Under the pieces are notes generated by a model. The model had not been told where the DNA came from, did not search any database, and saw nothing but the letters and a program-made list of their open reading frames with translations. From Bacillota bacterium (GTDB taxonomy: Bacteria > Bacillota > Limnochordia > DTU087): 63,426 nucleotides of DNA. The translations under genes and the position numbers were made by a program. How positions within the stretch are numbered: the stretch's first letter is position 1; each line of letters opens with the position of its first letter. Positions 1 through 10,276 of this stretch are shown here, piece after piece. The DNA lies in NCBI GenBank assembly GCA_012799135.1, contig JAAZLW010000235.1:1-63426 (forward strand), written 5' to 3'.

Positions 1-108
1 TTGAAGTTGACCGCCGATTTCTTTTGGAAGCTGTTTGAAGCTACCGGTTCGATCACGGCTTACTTACTCTATAAACAGTATCGCACGATAAAGGCCATAA
101 TGAACTAA
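1..108 (+). CDS. small YqzL-like protein, 3' end or possibly complete
   Basis: Frame 1 is open from the window edge to TAA at 106-108. The translation LKLTADFFWKLFEATGSITAYLLYKQYRTIKAIMN resembles the short YqzL family as I recall it. It is too short for the ORF track. Confidence 0.35.
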   Translation: MKLTADFFWKLFEATGSITAYLLYKQYRTIKAIMN

Positions 109-124
109 AGCTGGTTTGTGGCAG

Positions 125-408
125 ACGATCAGATGCAAAGGCGATGAAGAAGAGAAGTAGCTGGGTGATAACACCTGCAGGGACGGAGTGTCAGGGACTG
201 AAAGCACTCCGGGAGGTTGCCTCAGTGAAGTTCGCTTCGGAGCTGTTGGCTGAAAGCTTAGTAGGCCATACCGGATATCCGCCGTTAGATGGAGAGGGAG
301 GAGTATCTCTTCCCGAAAAGTGGACCTTTCATAGGTGTTTCTATGAAGGTAAGTAGGATGGTACCGCGCAGGTTGTCTTTCGTTCCTAACGGAAGACAAC
401 CTTTTTTG
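125..408 (+). promoter_or_regulatory. T-box leader (Phe specifier) controlling pheST
   Basis: The conserved T-box sequence GGATGGTACCGCG lies at 356-368. GTGAAG-TTC at 225-233 places a TTC (Phe) specifier codon at 231-233. A terminator hairpin follows immediately, and the element sits directly upstream of pheS. Confidence 0.8.
370..408 (+). terminator. T-box attenuator/terminator hairpin
   Basis: AGGTTGTCTT (370-379) pairs with AAGACAACCT (393-402) and is followed by TTTTTT. Confidence 0.8.
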
Positions 409-439
409 TATATCAGTCAGTTAGAGAGGGAGGTTAAGT

Positions 440-1456
440 ATGCGTGAAAAACTACGGCATCTAAAGGACGAGGCCTGGAGGCGTATTACTGAGGCCGATG
501 ATACGGGCGAACTAGATAAAATCAGAGTCTGTTACCTTGGTAAGAAAGGCGAGCTTACGGGACTATTGCGCAGTATGGGTTCATTGCCCCCAGACGAGCG
601 GCCTGAGGTAGGCAAGATGGTAAATGAGCTTCGGGGTCAGCTGGAGGGCTTCCTAAAGGAGCGTATCGTTGACCTGGAAGCTAGGGAGCTACAAAGACGA
701 CTTGAGCTGGAGGCTATCGATATTACCCTACCAGGGCGTCAACCAGCCTTTGGCAGGAAGCACCCACTCAACCAAGTCCTCGATGAGATCAAAGCCATAT
801 TCATCGGGATGGGGTTTGAGGTGGTTGAGGGGCCTGAAGTCGAACTAGATTACTATAACTTTGAGGCGCTGAATTTGCCACCTGATCATCCTACCCGGGA
901 CATGCAGGATACGTTTTTCATCACTGATGATATCTTGCTCAGATCACAGACTTCGCCGGTACAGATCCGAGTTATGGAGAAACAGCGACCGCCGGTGCGG
1001 ATTATTGCCCCCGGTAAGGTATATCGTGTCGATTTCGATGCTACGCATTCCCCCATGTTCCACCAGGTAGAGGGGCTACTGGTTGATGAGCGTACTACGT
1101 TCGGTGACCTAAAGGGCATACTGCGGGCATTTATTGAAGCCATATTCGGTGAAGGTCGGGGAATCAGATTCCGACCGAGTTTCTTTCCCTTTACCGAACC
1201 TAGTGCAGAGATAGACGTTGAATGTATCATGTGCAATGGTCGCGGCTGTCGGGTGTGTTCGCATACAGGTTGGCTGGAGATCTTGGGAGCCGGTATGGTG
1301 GATCCTCGAGTTTTGCAGATGGTCGGCTATGATGTGGATCAATGCCAGGGGTTTGCCTTTGGCATGGGTGTGGAACGAATCGCCATGCTGAAGTACGGCA
1401 TCGACGACATTCGCTTGCTATTTGAAAATGATATGCGTTTCCTAAATCAGTTCTAG
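440..1456 (+). CDS. pheS: phenylalanine--tRNA ligase alpha subunit
   Basis: 338-aa ORF with class II aaRS motifs (FRPSFFPFTEPS, GFAFGMGVERIAMLKYGIDDIR). GGAGG RBS upstream. Followed by pheT. Confidence 0.97.
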   Translation: MREKLRHLKDEAWRRITEADDTGELDKIRVCYLGKKGELTGLLRSMGSLPPDERPEVGKMVNELRGQLEGFLKERIVDLEARELQRRLELEAIDITLPGRQPAFGRKHPLNQVLDEIKAIFIGMGFEVVEGPEVELDYYNFEALNLPPDHPTRDMQDTFFITDDILLRSQTSPVQIRVMEKQRPPVRIIAPGKVYRVDFDATHSPMFHQVEGLLVDERTTFGDLKGILRAFIEAIFGEGRGIRFRPSFFPFTEPSAEIDVECIMCNGRGCRVCSHTGWLEILGAGMVDPRVLQMVGYDVDQCQGFAFGMGVERIAMLKYGIDDIRLLFENDMRFLNQF

Positions 1457-1494
1457 CCCGCAGAAAGGCAGTTATAGGGGAGGGAAGTGTAGCA

Positions 1495-3891
1495 GTGCGT
1501 GTTTCCTATAGTTGGTTGCAGGAGCATGTTGATATTGATATAGATGTGCCCGAGTTGGCAGAGCTATTGACTTTGTCTGGCTCAGAAGTGGATAGTATCG
1601 GGCCAATAGGCAAAAGACTCGATGAGAAGATCATCGTCTGTCAGATTAGAGAACTCAAACTCCATCCCGATGGGAAGCTGCTGATCGCCAATCTAGATAC
1701 AGGCGGGGAGCCGGTAACGGTAGTAACCGGCGCGCCTAATGTGGCGGTAGGCCAGAAGCTCCCCCTAGCCATGGTAGGTTCTGTGCTGCCCAATGGGCAA
1801 GTCATCGAGGCAGTCACCTTTGGGGGCGTAACTTCCTATGGCATGCTCTGCTCTGAGCAGGAATTGGAGCTCGGAGATGATGCCAGTGGCATACTGGTCT
1901 TGCCAACAGATACACCGGTAGGCGTACCTTTAGGTGAGGCCCTGGCTTTGGATGACATGATTATCGACCTCGAGATTTACCCCAATCGGCCTGATTGTCT
2001 AAGCGTGATTGGCATAGCTCGGGAAGTGGCGGCTATTACTGGGAAAAGGCTACGGCATCCCGCCATCAGTGTAGAGGAAGCCGGACCACCGACTGCAGAT
2101 TTGACCTCTGTGACGGTGGAGGATGCGGAGCTATGTCCGTTCTATTCAGCTAGACTGATCAGGAATATCAAGGTAGGGCCGTCGCCTTTGTGGTTACAAA
2201 AACGGGTCCTAGCCGGTGGGATGCGACCGATCAATAATGTAGTTGACATTACCAACTTTGTGTTACTGGAGATGGGTCAACCCCTTCACGCCTTTGACTA
2301 TGAACGATTGTCGGGGAATCGTATTGTTGTACGACGCGCCCGAGCAAATGAGGTCATTACCACCCTTGATCATGAAACCAGGATTTTGGATCCGGAAACG
2401 CTGGTTATAGCTGATGCTGAAAAGCCGGTCTGCATTGCGGGCGTGATGGGAGGGACCAACACTGAGGTTGTCTTGGAGACAAATAGTATCTTGCTGGAGG
2501 CGGCAATTTTCCAAGGGGTAAGTGTTCGCCGTACCAGTCGGCGCCTAGGTTTGCGATCTGAGGCTTCAGCCCGCTTTGAAAAGGGACTTGATCCAAAAGG
2601 AGTCACAAGGGCTCTGGATAGGGCAGCCCAGCTGCTTGTAGAAATCGCCGGTGGCGAGGTATGTAAGGGCACAATCACGGTAACGAACATGGAGCCTAGA
2701 CAACAGGTCGTGACCCTTTCTCCGACCCGGTGTAATAAGCTTTTGGGGGCAGAGATCCCTACAGGTGATATGATCAGGATCTTGGCAAGTCTCGAGTTTG
2801 AGGTCAAGGAGCGTAGTGGGCTTTTGGAGGCAAAGGTGCCTTCTCACCGTCTGGATGTTGAGCTGGAGGCGGACTTAATCGAAGAGGTGGCGCGGCTATA
2901 TGGGTATGATCGGATAGTTGCCACTCTACCCCAGGGTAGTGCCCGAGGGGGTGAGAATCACCGGTTGAAGATAGCCGATCGGATCCGAGATTTGCTGGCA
3001 GGTGCCGGCCTAACTGAGATTATGACATATAGTTTTGATTCCCCGGCTAGTTATGAGAAACTGCTATTGCCGGAGGATCACCAGCTTAGACAGGCTGTCA
3101 CCATTCAGAATCCTCTGACTGAAGACTGGAGCGTTCTAAGGACTAGTCTAGTTCCTCACTTGCTCGATGTGTTACGCCATAATGCTCAAAGACAACAATC
3201 GGATCTCCAGATTTTCGAGATGGGGTCAGTTTATATCCCGCGTCGATTACCCCTGGATGAGCAACCGGATGAGCGCCTGACTCTAGGGATTGCCCTGATG
3301 GGAGACTATCCCCGAGAGTGGGGCTTTGCTCCTCGGACAGCAGATTTCTTTGACTTAAAGGGGCTGGTGGAGCTAATCTTTAGCAGGTTGGGCCTTAGCT
3401 GTAACTGGGAGGCGGCAGAGTCTGCAGGTCTGCATCCCGGTCGATGTGCTGCGATCAAATTGGGGAATACTAACGTAGGAATTCTAGGAGAAATACATCC
3501 CGAGGTGGCTGACAGTTGGGAGCTTTCAGCCCGGGCATATGTGGCTGAGCTTTGCCTGGAGTCTATTATTCCCCGTGTTAGTTGGCAACGGCGAGTAGAT
3601 AAGCTACCTCGCTATCCGGCTGTAGCCAGAGATTTGGCGCTATTGGCACCAGATACCATACCGGCGCATAGGATTCTGGAAGTGATTCAAGCTGCCGGTG
3701 ATGATCTGATCCAGAAGATCACTTTGTTTGATGTATACCAGGGTCGCCAGATCCCGACCGGATACCGCAGTTTGGCCTACTCCATCCTATATCAGGCAGA
3801 GGACCGCACCCTGACTGACAGTGAGGTTGAAGCTGTAGAGGATCGGATCATGGCACGATTGGAGAAAGAGCTAAGAATAACCCGGCGATGA
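1495..3891 (+). CDS. pheT: phenylalanine--tRNA ligase beta subunit
   Basis: 798-aa ORF with a GTG start. Typical PheT N-terminus (MRVSYSWLQEHVD), B3/4 and B5 regions, and a C-terminal anticodon-binding-like domain. Confidence 0.97.
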   Translation: MRVSYSWLQEHVDIDIDVPELAELLTLSGSEVDSIGPIGKRLDEKIIVCQIRELKLHPDGKLLIANLDTGGEPVTVVTGAPNVAVGQKLPLAMVGSVLPNGQVIEAVTFGGVTSYGMLCSEQELELGDDASGILVLPTDTPVGVPLGEALALDDMIIDLEIYPNRPDCLSVIGIAREVAAITGKRLRHPAISVEEAGPPTADLTSVTVEDAELCPFYSARLIRNIKVGPSPLWLQKRVLAGGMRPINNVVDITNFVLLEMGQPLHAFDYERLSGNRIVVRRARANEVITTLDHETRILDPETLVIADAEKPVCIAGVMGGTNTEVVLETNSILLEAAIFQGVSVRRTSRRLGLRSEASARFEKGLDPKGVTRALDRAAQLLVEIAGGEVCKGTITVTNMEPRQQVVTLSPTRCNKLLGAEIPTGDMIRILASLEFEVKERSGLLEAKVPSHRLDVELEADLIEEVARLYGYDRIVATLPQGSARGGENHRLKIADRIRDLLAGAGLTEIMTYSFDSPASYEKLLLPEDHQLRQAVTIQNPLTEDWSVLRTSLVPHLLDVLRHNAQRQQSDLQIFEMGSVYIPRRLPLDEQPDERLTLGIALMGDYPREWGFAPRTADFFDLKGLVELIFSRLGLSCNWEAAESAGLHPGRCAAIKLGNTNVGILGEIHPEVADSWELSARAYVAELCLESIIPRVSWQRRVDKLPRYPAVARDLALLAPDTIPAHRILEVIQAAGDDLIQKITLFDVYQGRQIPTGYRSLAYSILYQAEDRTLTDSEVEAVEDRIMARLEKELRITRR

Positions 3892-4033
3892 ATGGCTTTC
3901 TTTCCGGGCGAGCTCTAGTTTGCCGTTATGATAAAGCTCTTGGATAGGGACCATAGGCTGCAGGAATTCACCGGCGGGATCTGGAAATACTGGATATAGG
4001 TAGGGCCCTATTGTGGCAGGAGGAGGAGTTCCT

Positions 4034-4309
4034 ATGTCCAAGCAGCCAGAGCCCAGTGAACAGACCCAAAGTGTACGGGTACGCATAGCTGGTGACGAGT
4101 ATAGTATCCGGGGTAAGGGTGGCCCCGAATATGTTAAGCGATTGGCCAAAGTAGTGGATAGCTATCTGAGCCCGGTTGTGCAGCGGCACCCTAACTTGCC
4201 TCGCAACCGGGCCAGTATCCTGGCACTAATGAATATGGCCCATGATCTAGAAAGCCAGAAGCAGGAAAATCAGGAGCTTATGGAACTGGTGGCCGAAGTC
4301 GAGAAATGA
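4034..4309 (+). CDS. zapA: cell division protein ZapA
   Basis: The translation has a ZapA-like core (VRVRIAGDEYSIRG...YVKRLAKVVD...ASILALMNMAHDL). The ATG at 4034 lies 5 nt after GGAGGAGGAG. The track ORF starts earlier, at a GTG at 4013. Confidence 0.85.
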   Translation: MSKQPEPSEQTQSVRVRIAGDEYSIRGKGGPEYVKRLAKVVDSYLSPVVQRHPNLPRNRASILALMNMAHDLESQKQENQELMELVAEVEK

Positions 4310-4319
4310 GGCTCATGCC

Positions 4320-4889
4320 ATGACCTGGATCGATATCTTAATCATATTGATCTTGATTGTGATGATGCTGAAAGGCTTTGTCAAGGGGCTTGTCCGGGAA
4401 GCCTGTGAGCTGGCCGGTATTATCTTTGCTATCTTCTATGCCTACAGAACTTACCATTATTGGGGCGATGAGCTAATCTACCGCTTCCGATGGCCGGATG
4501 TAGTGGCCTATCCCTTGGCTTTTGGCGGTATCGCTATTGTGATTAGCCTTCTAGCTGGCCTTTTGGGTTTGCTTATGGCCAAGGTCTTACGCTATACACC
4601 GATGAGGATGCTAGATCACTTGGCAGGTATCGGATTAGGCTTCGTTAAGGGGTTTATATGTGTCTGCCTACTCTTAGTGCTGTTTCGAGCTATGCCTTTT
4701 GAAGGAATCGGTATCATCATTAGCCAGTCTCCCTTGGCTCAGCAGTTCCTTAGCATAGTGCCCCGTCTTTATGATGGATTGGAGGCAGTCTTTCCCGAAG
4801 AGTTTCCGCGGTGGCCCCAAGAAGGCATACAGGATGAACCTGAGAAGCCTCGGCCGCTGCCAAGCAAGTCTCAGACTCCGGTAGTCTAG
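4320..4889 (+). CDS. CvpA family membrane protein
   Basis: 189 aa with four predicted TM segments and a typical CvpA N-terminus (WIDILIILILIVMMLKGFVKGLVRE). The zapA-cvpA-polX-mutS2 neighbourhood is conserved in Firmicutes. Confidence 0.75.
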   Translation: MTWIDILIILILIVMMLKGFVKGLVREACELAGIIFAIFYAYRTYHYWGDELIYRFRWPDVVAYPLAFGGIAIVISLLAGLLGLLMAKVLRYTPMRMLDHLAGIGLGFVKGFICVCLLLVLFRAMPFEGIGIIISQSPLAQQFLSIVPRLYDGLEAVFPEEFPRWPQEGIQDEPEKPRPLPSKSQTPVV

Positions 4890-4970
4890 TATGATGCACG
4901 TTTCGGACAAGCAGAGCCGGTTGTTGAGGATAGGTATTTGCCCGAAAATATAGGGAGGCAACAATTACAT

Positions 4971-6698
4971 ATGACCAACTTGGCCCTGGCAAGGGCTTTT
5001 TTTGAAATTGCTGACCTTATGGATCTGCGTGGTGATAACCCTTTTAAGGCGAATGCTTACCGAAAGGGGGCCCGGGCTATTGAATCTTTGCCGGAGGATA
5101 TCGGGGGAGTCTATCGGCAGGGCAAGGTGCGGGAGATTCCCGGGATTGGGGAGGTGTTGGCCGAAAAGATCGGGGAATGGCTGAACACGGGACGCATTCA
5201 GCACCTGGAGGATCTGCGGCAAGCAGTTCCGGCAGGACTGGTGGAGATGACGACAATTGCCGGAGTCGGTCCTAAGCTGGCCAGGAGATTCTATGCAGAG
5301 CTAGGTGTCTCTAACACCAAAGAGCTGGAGGTGGCCTGTCGCAATCGTAAAGTGCGGACCCTCAAGGGCCTAGGGGCAAGAACTGAATGGAATATATTGC
5401 GGGGGATCCAAACCTTGCGGGATAGAGGTGATCAGATTCCCTTGGGAGTTGCTCTACCGGTCGCTCGGGAGATACAAGGACATTTGGAGTTGCTCCCAGA
5501 GGTAGAGCGGGTTGAGTTGGCCGGTGATTTGCGACGTCGTCAGGAGTTGGTGGACAAGCTGGAATTGGTAGTCAGTAGCTTGGCTCCAGCTCGGACCTTG
5601 GAGTCTTTAGGTGGATTGCCAGAGGCAGCAGAGGTATTAAGTACCGAAGCAGCCGTCAAAGGAGTCACTCAGGGAAGCGTTAGATGGAAGAGCGGGCCCA
5701 TCATTGAAGTGTCGGCGGTGGCTCCAAAAGACTTTTGCTTGACCTTGTGGAAGGCCACTGGTTCACCGGAACATGTGGCTCGCTTACAGGCATTTGCCCG
5801 CAAGCAGGGGCTATTGCTAGACAATCACGGGATCTGGCCTGATCCCGGTGATATGCCGCCAGTCAGTGAAGCAGCCCTGTATGAGCTAGTGGGACTTCCC
5901 TTTATCCCCCCCGAGATCAGAGAAGGAAAAGGCGAGATTGAGGCGGCTGCCCAGGATGTACTTCCCCAGCTGGTAGAGCTCCCCGATATTCGGGGAGACC
6001 TTCACTGTCACTCAAGGTGGAGTGATGGGATCTTGACTTTGGAGGAGGTCGCACTAGCCGCAGAGGCCAAAGGCTATGAATATGTCGCCATCTGTGATCA
6101 CTCCCAATCCTTAAAGGTAGCCAATGGGCTCACAGCTGAGCGGCTACGGGCCCAAAGCGAGCAGATCCGGCTCATTGACCAAAAACTAGGGAAGCTGAGT
6201 CTTCTTTCCGGTATAGAAGTGGATATTCTAGGGGACGGCAGCCTGGATCTACCTGATTCTGTGCTAAAGGAAAGGGATGTGGTGGTTGCTTCTATCCATA
6301 GCGGTTTTCGCCAAGATAAGGAGCAACTGACGGCTAGGGTGGTGAGAGCCATGCAGAATCCCCATGTAGACATCATTGGTCACCCGACAGGGCGGCTTCT
6401 GGGGCGCCGGGAGCCGTATCCCATTGATATGGATAGAATTATCAAGATGGCGGCTAAGACCGGCACGGTTCTGGAGATTAACGCTTCTCCCGATCGGTTG
6501 GATGTTAATGATGTACATGCCTCTAAGGCCCGGGCTGCAGGTGTGAAGATTGTGATTAACACCGATGCCCACAGCCGAGCTGAACTAGACAATATGCATT
6601 TAGGACTTGGTGTGGCCCGCCGCGCCTGGTTGACTAAGGACCACGTGATTAATGCCTGGCCGTGGGCGGAGATCCAAGAGTATTTTTCCCATAGATAG
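4971..6698 (+). CDS. polX: DNA polymerase/3'-5' exonuclease PolX
   Basis: N-terminal Pol beta-like HhH region (MTNLALARAFFEIADLM...) and a C-terminal PHP domain (DLHCHSRWSDG, ICDHS, NTDAHS). The track ORF starts at 4938; ATG 4971 fits the family N-terminus. Confidence 0.9.
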   Translation: MTNLALARAFFEIADLMDLRGDNPFKANAYRKGARAIESLPEDIGGVYRQGKVREIPGIGEVLAEKIGEWLNTGRIQHLEDLRQAVPAGLVEMTTIAGVGPKLARRFYAELGVSNTKELEVACRNRKVRTLKGLGARTEWNILRGIQTLRDRGDQIPLGVALPVAREIQGHLELLPEVERVELAGDLRRRQELVDKLELVVSSLAPARTLESLGGLPEAAEVLSTEAAVKGVTQGSVRWKSGPIIEVSAVAPKDFCLTLWKATGSPEHVARLQAFARKQGLLLDNHGIWPDPGDMPPVSEAALYELVGLPFIPPEIREGKGEIEAAAQDVLPQLVELPDIRGDLHCHSRWSDGILTLEEVALAAEAKGYEYVAICDHSQSLKVANGLTAERLRAQSEQIRLIDQKLGKLSLLSGIEVDILGDGSLDLPDSVLKERDVVVASIHSGFRQDKEQLTARVVRAMQNPHVDIIGHPTGRLLGRREPYPIDMDRIIKMAAKTGTVLEINASPDRLDVNDVHASKARAAGVKIVINTDAHSRAELDNMHLGLGVARRAWLTKDHVINAWPWAEIQEYFSHR

Positions 6699-6774
6699 TA
6701 CCTACATCTCCTCAACTTACCTTGGGGGCTAGAAGCATCCAAGGACGGTGTCATTTGCCGGGAGGGTTTCCTGT

Positions 6775-6867
6775 CCTGTAGTCAAAGTGTTTAGAAGTAA
6801 GCTATGAAGTTACTATCCCCAGCTCCGGTAACGGTCGCAGCTTCTAAACACCAGCCATGACTACAGG
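6775..6867 (+). promoter_or_regulatory. long structured 5' leader (inverted repeat) overlapping the amidase RBS
   Basis: 6775-6784 pairs perfectly with 6858-6867 (10 bp) and 6787-6797 pairs perfectly with 6841-6851 (11 bp). The 3' arm ends 5 nt before ATG 6873 and runs into the purine-rich SD (ACAGGGGGAG). Confidence 0.45.
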
Positions 6868-6872
6868 GGGAG

Positions 6873-7637
6873 ATGTCTTTGGGAAAGTCGCGTCCGAGGG
6901 ACAAGATCATACTTCAGTCCAATGCCCTGGTGACGGTGCTATTGCTTTTGCTATCATTTATCTTTGGCATCAATTCTCCGGATAGCAGGGCACTACCGCC
7001 TGGGAATGGAGAATATAAGGCCTCTCCTGTCGATGGTGAGCTAGGTGGCGGGCTGCGTCGAGATCCTACTTCCTTGCGGGGTAAGGTCATTTTGGTAGAT
7101 CCCGGCCATGGGGGTGCTAATCCCGGTTCCCGGGGGGTGGGTCCCAGACCAGAAAAGGATAATGTCCTGGCTGTGGCTTGGGACCTAAAAGGTATGCTGG
7201 AATATGCGGGTGCGAAAGTGATTATGACAAGGGATGGCGATTATTCGCCTGGAGGGCCAAAAGCGGATCAGCTGGAAGCTCGGGTGCGGATTGCTAACCT
7301 CAGCCGTGGCGATGTCTTTGTTTCCATTCATAATGACTGGAACAAGAACAGCAGCCTGACCGGAACTACCACGTATTTTTACAGTCCTGATGGGTACCAC
7401 TTAGGGGAATCTTTACAGCGAGGTGTAAGCCAAGAACTGAGCTCCCGGAGCTTGGGGGTGAAGTGGGCGAGCTACTACGTATTGAGGAATACGGCTATGC
7501 CTGCAGCCCTGGTGGAACTGGGGTTTCTCAGCAACAAAAGGGAAGCCAATCTTCTGTCTACCCGCTCATATCAAACCAAGGCTGCCTTAGGTATCTATAA
7601 CGGGTTGGTTGAGTACTTTTCCAACAGATCACGATAG
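6873..7637 (+). CDS. N-acetylmuramoyl-L-alanine amidase (Amidase_3; CwlD-like)
   Basis: N-terminal signal/TM segment followed by KVILVDPGHGG...EKD...VIMTRDGD...SIHNDW...ALVELGFLSN, which is typical of Amidase_3. Confidence 0.85.
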   Translation: MSLGKSRPRDKIILQSNALVTVLLLLLSFIFGINSPDSRALPPGNGEYKASPVDGELGGGLRRDPTSLRGKVILVDPGHGGANPGSRGVGPRPEKDNVLAVAWDLKGMLEYAGAKVIMTRDGDYSPGGPKADQLEARVRIANLSRGDVFVSIHNDWNKNSSLTGTTTYFYSPDGYHLGESLQRGVSQELSSRSLGVKWASYYVLRNTAMPAALVELGFLSNKREANLLSTRSYQTKAALGIYNGLVEYFSNRSR

Positions 7638-7660
7638 GTAGCGTCCCCCCAGTCCTAGGT

Positions 7661-7686
7661 GGAGCACTTTGTGGTGCTCCTTTTTG
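7661..7686 (+). terminator. rho-independent terminator after the amidase gene
   Basis: GGAGCAC (7661-7667) pairs with GTGCTCC (7674-7680) and is followed by TTTTT. Confidence 0.8.
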
Positions 7687-7835
7687 GCCTGTCAAGTTTT
7701 CCTTAGGTCATCTTTCTGTTATAATGAACACGTAAAACCCCGTTGGCAATTGCTGTACATTTCCAGTGAGTTGTGGGAGAGGGAGGAGAAAGGGCTCACC
7801 TAGCACCGGCAAGGGCTGGTGATGCCCGCAGCCGA

Positions 7836-10184
7836 ATGGATCAGAAAACCTTACGTATTTTGGAATTCCATAAGATTCGCCAGCAACTGGCCGCCCATAC
7901 CGCCTTTGCTTTGGGGAGTGAACGGGCGCTTTGGCTTGAACCTTCGGCTGATATCGACACAATCGAAAAGCGGCAGGGAGAGACAGCCGAGGCTCTTATC
8001 CTGATTGATCGGGAGGGGGGATTGCCTTTAGGAGGGGTGCGGGATATCCGTCAGCCGCTCAGAAAGGCAGAGATGGGCTCAACCCTTTCGCCGGAGGACT
8101 TACTGGAGATAGCATCGACCTTATATGGTACCGGTAAGGCTCGTCGGTTTTTGATGGAAAAGACTGGCGATAGCTCCCAACTTAGGGAGCTGGCCCAAAG
8201 ATTGGAACCGGCAGTATCATTGCGGGAGCGAATTGAAGGGAGCATCGGTGATGATGGCGAGGTGCTGGACTCTGCCAGTGAGACTCTGCGCTCCATTAGG
8301 AACCGCATGCGTAGTCTGCAGGGGAGGATTCGCGAGCGATTAGAGTCTATCATCCACAGCAGTCGCTATCAAAAAGTTCTGCAAGATCCGATAATCACTT
8401 TGCGGAATGGAAGATACGTGGTCCCTGTCAAAACAGAGTTCAAAGGTGCGCTACCTGGTATTGTCCATGATCAGTCCGGTTCGGGTGCTACGCTTTTTGT
8501 TGAACCGGCGGCAGTGGTGGAGATTAATAATCAGCTACGGCAGCTAGAGGCCGAAGAAGCCGAGGAAATCGAGAGGATCCTACGTCAGCTGACCTTGGCG
8601 GTGAGTGGTAAGGTCAAGGAGCTGTTGGTATCTGTAGAAACACTGGGTCGCCTGGACTTCATATTTGCCAAAGCGTACCTCGCTGCCAGTCAAGAGGCCA
8701 CAAGGCCACGCCTGCGAACCGATGGCTACTTGGATATGCGGGAAGGTCGGCATCCTTTACTGAAGGGCGAGGTAGTGCCACTGGACATTTGGCTAGGCAA
8801 GGAGTTTACTGTCTTGGTGATCACCGGACCAAACACTGGAGGAAAGACGGTAGCACTGAAGACCTTGGGACTATTGACCTTAATGGCCCAAGCCGGTTTA
8901 CACATTCCTGCCCAGAAGGGGACGGAGATCAACGTGTTTTCCCGAGTCTACGCCGATATCGGGGATGAACAGAGTATTGAGCAGAATCTCAGTACATTCT
9001 CCTCCCATATGGCCAACATTGTGCGGATCATGGATGAAGCTGATAGTAACTCCCTGGTGCTGCTGGATGAGCTGGGAGCCGGTACAGATCCGACGGAGGG
9101 CGCTACCCTGGCTATGGCACTGCTTCAGTGGTTCCATAAGCAAGGTTGTCGAACCGTAGCCACCACTCATTATTCGGAGCTCAAGGCCTTTGCCTATATG
9201 ACCGAGGGCCTGGAGAATGCTTCGGTACAGTTCGATGTTGAGACATTGCGTCCTACGTATAAATTGGAGATCGGCTTGCCCGGAAGGAGTAATGCCTTCG
9301 CTATTGCGGGTCGCCTCGGGCTCAGGGATGAGGTAATTGATCTGGCTCGTGCCCATTTGACCCAGGAAGATATCCGTATAGATGATATGATTCAGGACAT
9401 GGAAGAGAATCGACGTAGGGCTATCCATGAACGTATCGTAGCCGAACGTTTGCGGGCCCATGTGGAGTCTACCAGAGAAGAATATGAGAGGCGTCTGGCA
9501 GGCATGGAAGAGGCGAAAGATGCCATCTTGGCGGCAGCTCGTCAGGAAGCAAGAGAGTTGCTCAGTAGGGCCAAGAGTGATGCTGACGAGCTCCTAGGTC
9601 AACTGCGCAATGCCGATCGAGTTCAGCGGGAGTCCGTTGCCACAGAAGTCCGGTCTTTGCTTGAGAGCAAACGAGAAGCACTGGTAGAGGCCAGACCCGA
9701 AAAACCACCTGAGCCACTCCCAATACAGCTGGAGAAGATGGTGCCCGGTACACCGGTTTACCTGAGCAAATTGAAACAGAAAGGGCGGATCTTGGATCTG
9801 ACAGCCAGTGGTGATGCCCTGGTTCAGGTAGGCGCTTTGCGAGTGACTCTGCCGGCACAGGAGCTGACTGTTACAGAAGAACAACCTATAGCTACCGGAT
9901 CACGGGAGAATATAGGTCTGCGAACCAGCAAGGCCTCGGTGATTTCCAGTGAATTGGATTTGAGGGGGATGACTGTAGAAGAAGCACTGGGTAAGGTAGA
10001 CAAGTACCTGGATGATGCGCTCTTGGCGGGATTAGCCCGGTGCAGGATTATTCACGGCAAAGGCACAGGGGCTCTCCGTTCGGCCATTCGGTCCCAGTTG
10101 GAAACCCATCCTCAGGTGAAAGCCTATCGATGGGGCGAACCCGGCGAGGGGGGAGATGGTGTGACTGTGGCTGAGCTTGGATAA
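7836..10184 (+). CDS. mutS2: endonuclease MutS2
   Basis: Family N-terminus MDQKTLRILEFHKI, Walker A GPNTGGKT, DELGAGTDP, and a C-terminal Smr domain (LDLRGMTVEEAL...HGKGTGALR). The track ORF begins 21 codons earlier. Confidence 0.95.
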   Translation: MDQKTLRILEFHKIRQQLAAHTAFALGSERALWLEPSADIDTIEKRQGETAEALILIDREGGLPLGGVRDIRQPLRKAEMGSTLSPEDLLEIASTLYGTGKARRFLMEKTGDSSQLRELAQRLEPAVSLRERIEGSIGDDGEVLDSASETLRSIRNRMRSLQGRIRERLESIIHSSRYQKVLQDPIITLRNGRYVVPVKTEFKGALPGIVHDQSGSGATLFVEPAAVVEINNQLRQLEAEEAEEIERILRQLTLAVSGKVKELLVSVETLGRLDFIFAKAYLAASQEATRPRLRTDGYLDMREGRHPLLKGEVVPLDIWLGKEFTVLVITGPNTGGKTVALKTLGLLTLMAQAGLHIPAQKGTEINVFSRVYADIGDEQSIEQNLSTFSSHMANIVRIMDEADSNSLVLLDELGAGTDPTEGATLAMALLQWFHKQGCRTVATTHYSELKAFAYMTEGLENASVQFDVETLRPTYKLEIGLPGRSNAFAIAGRLGLRDEVIDLARAHLTQEDIRIDDMIQDMEENRRRAIHERIVAERLRAHVESTREEYERRLAGMEEAKDAILAAARQEARELLSRAKSDADELLGQLRNADRVQRESVATEVRSLLESKREALVEARPEKPPEPLPIQLEKMVPGTPVYLSKLKQKGRILDLTASGDALVQVGALRVTLPAQELTVTEEQPIATGSRENIGLRTSKASVISSELDLRGMTVEEALGKVDKYLDDALLAGLARCRIIHGKGTGALRSAIRSQLETHPQVKAYRWGEPGEGGDGVTVAELG

Positions 10185-10276
10185 GGAATGTCTTGATAAG
10201 GGCCATCGAGCATGGAGCTTGATTCGGATGGAGCTGGAGTCAACCTCTAATATAGTAAGGAAGGGGGAACCGCAAA

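Noticed and set aside
64-399. Track ORFs 64-399 (minus) and 144-356 (plus) upstream of pheS
   Set aside because: They lie entirely within the Phe T-box leader (T-box sequence, specifier loop, terminator). They have no RBS and no family resemblance.
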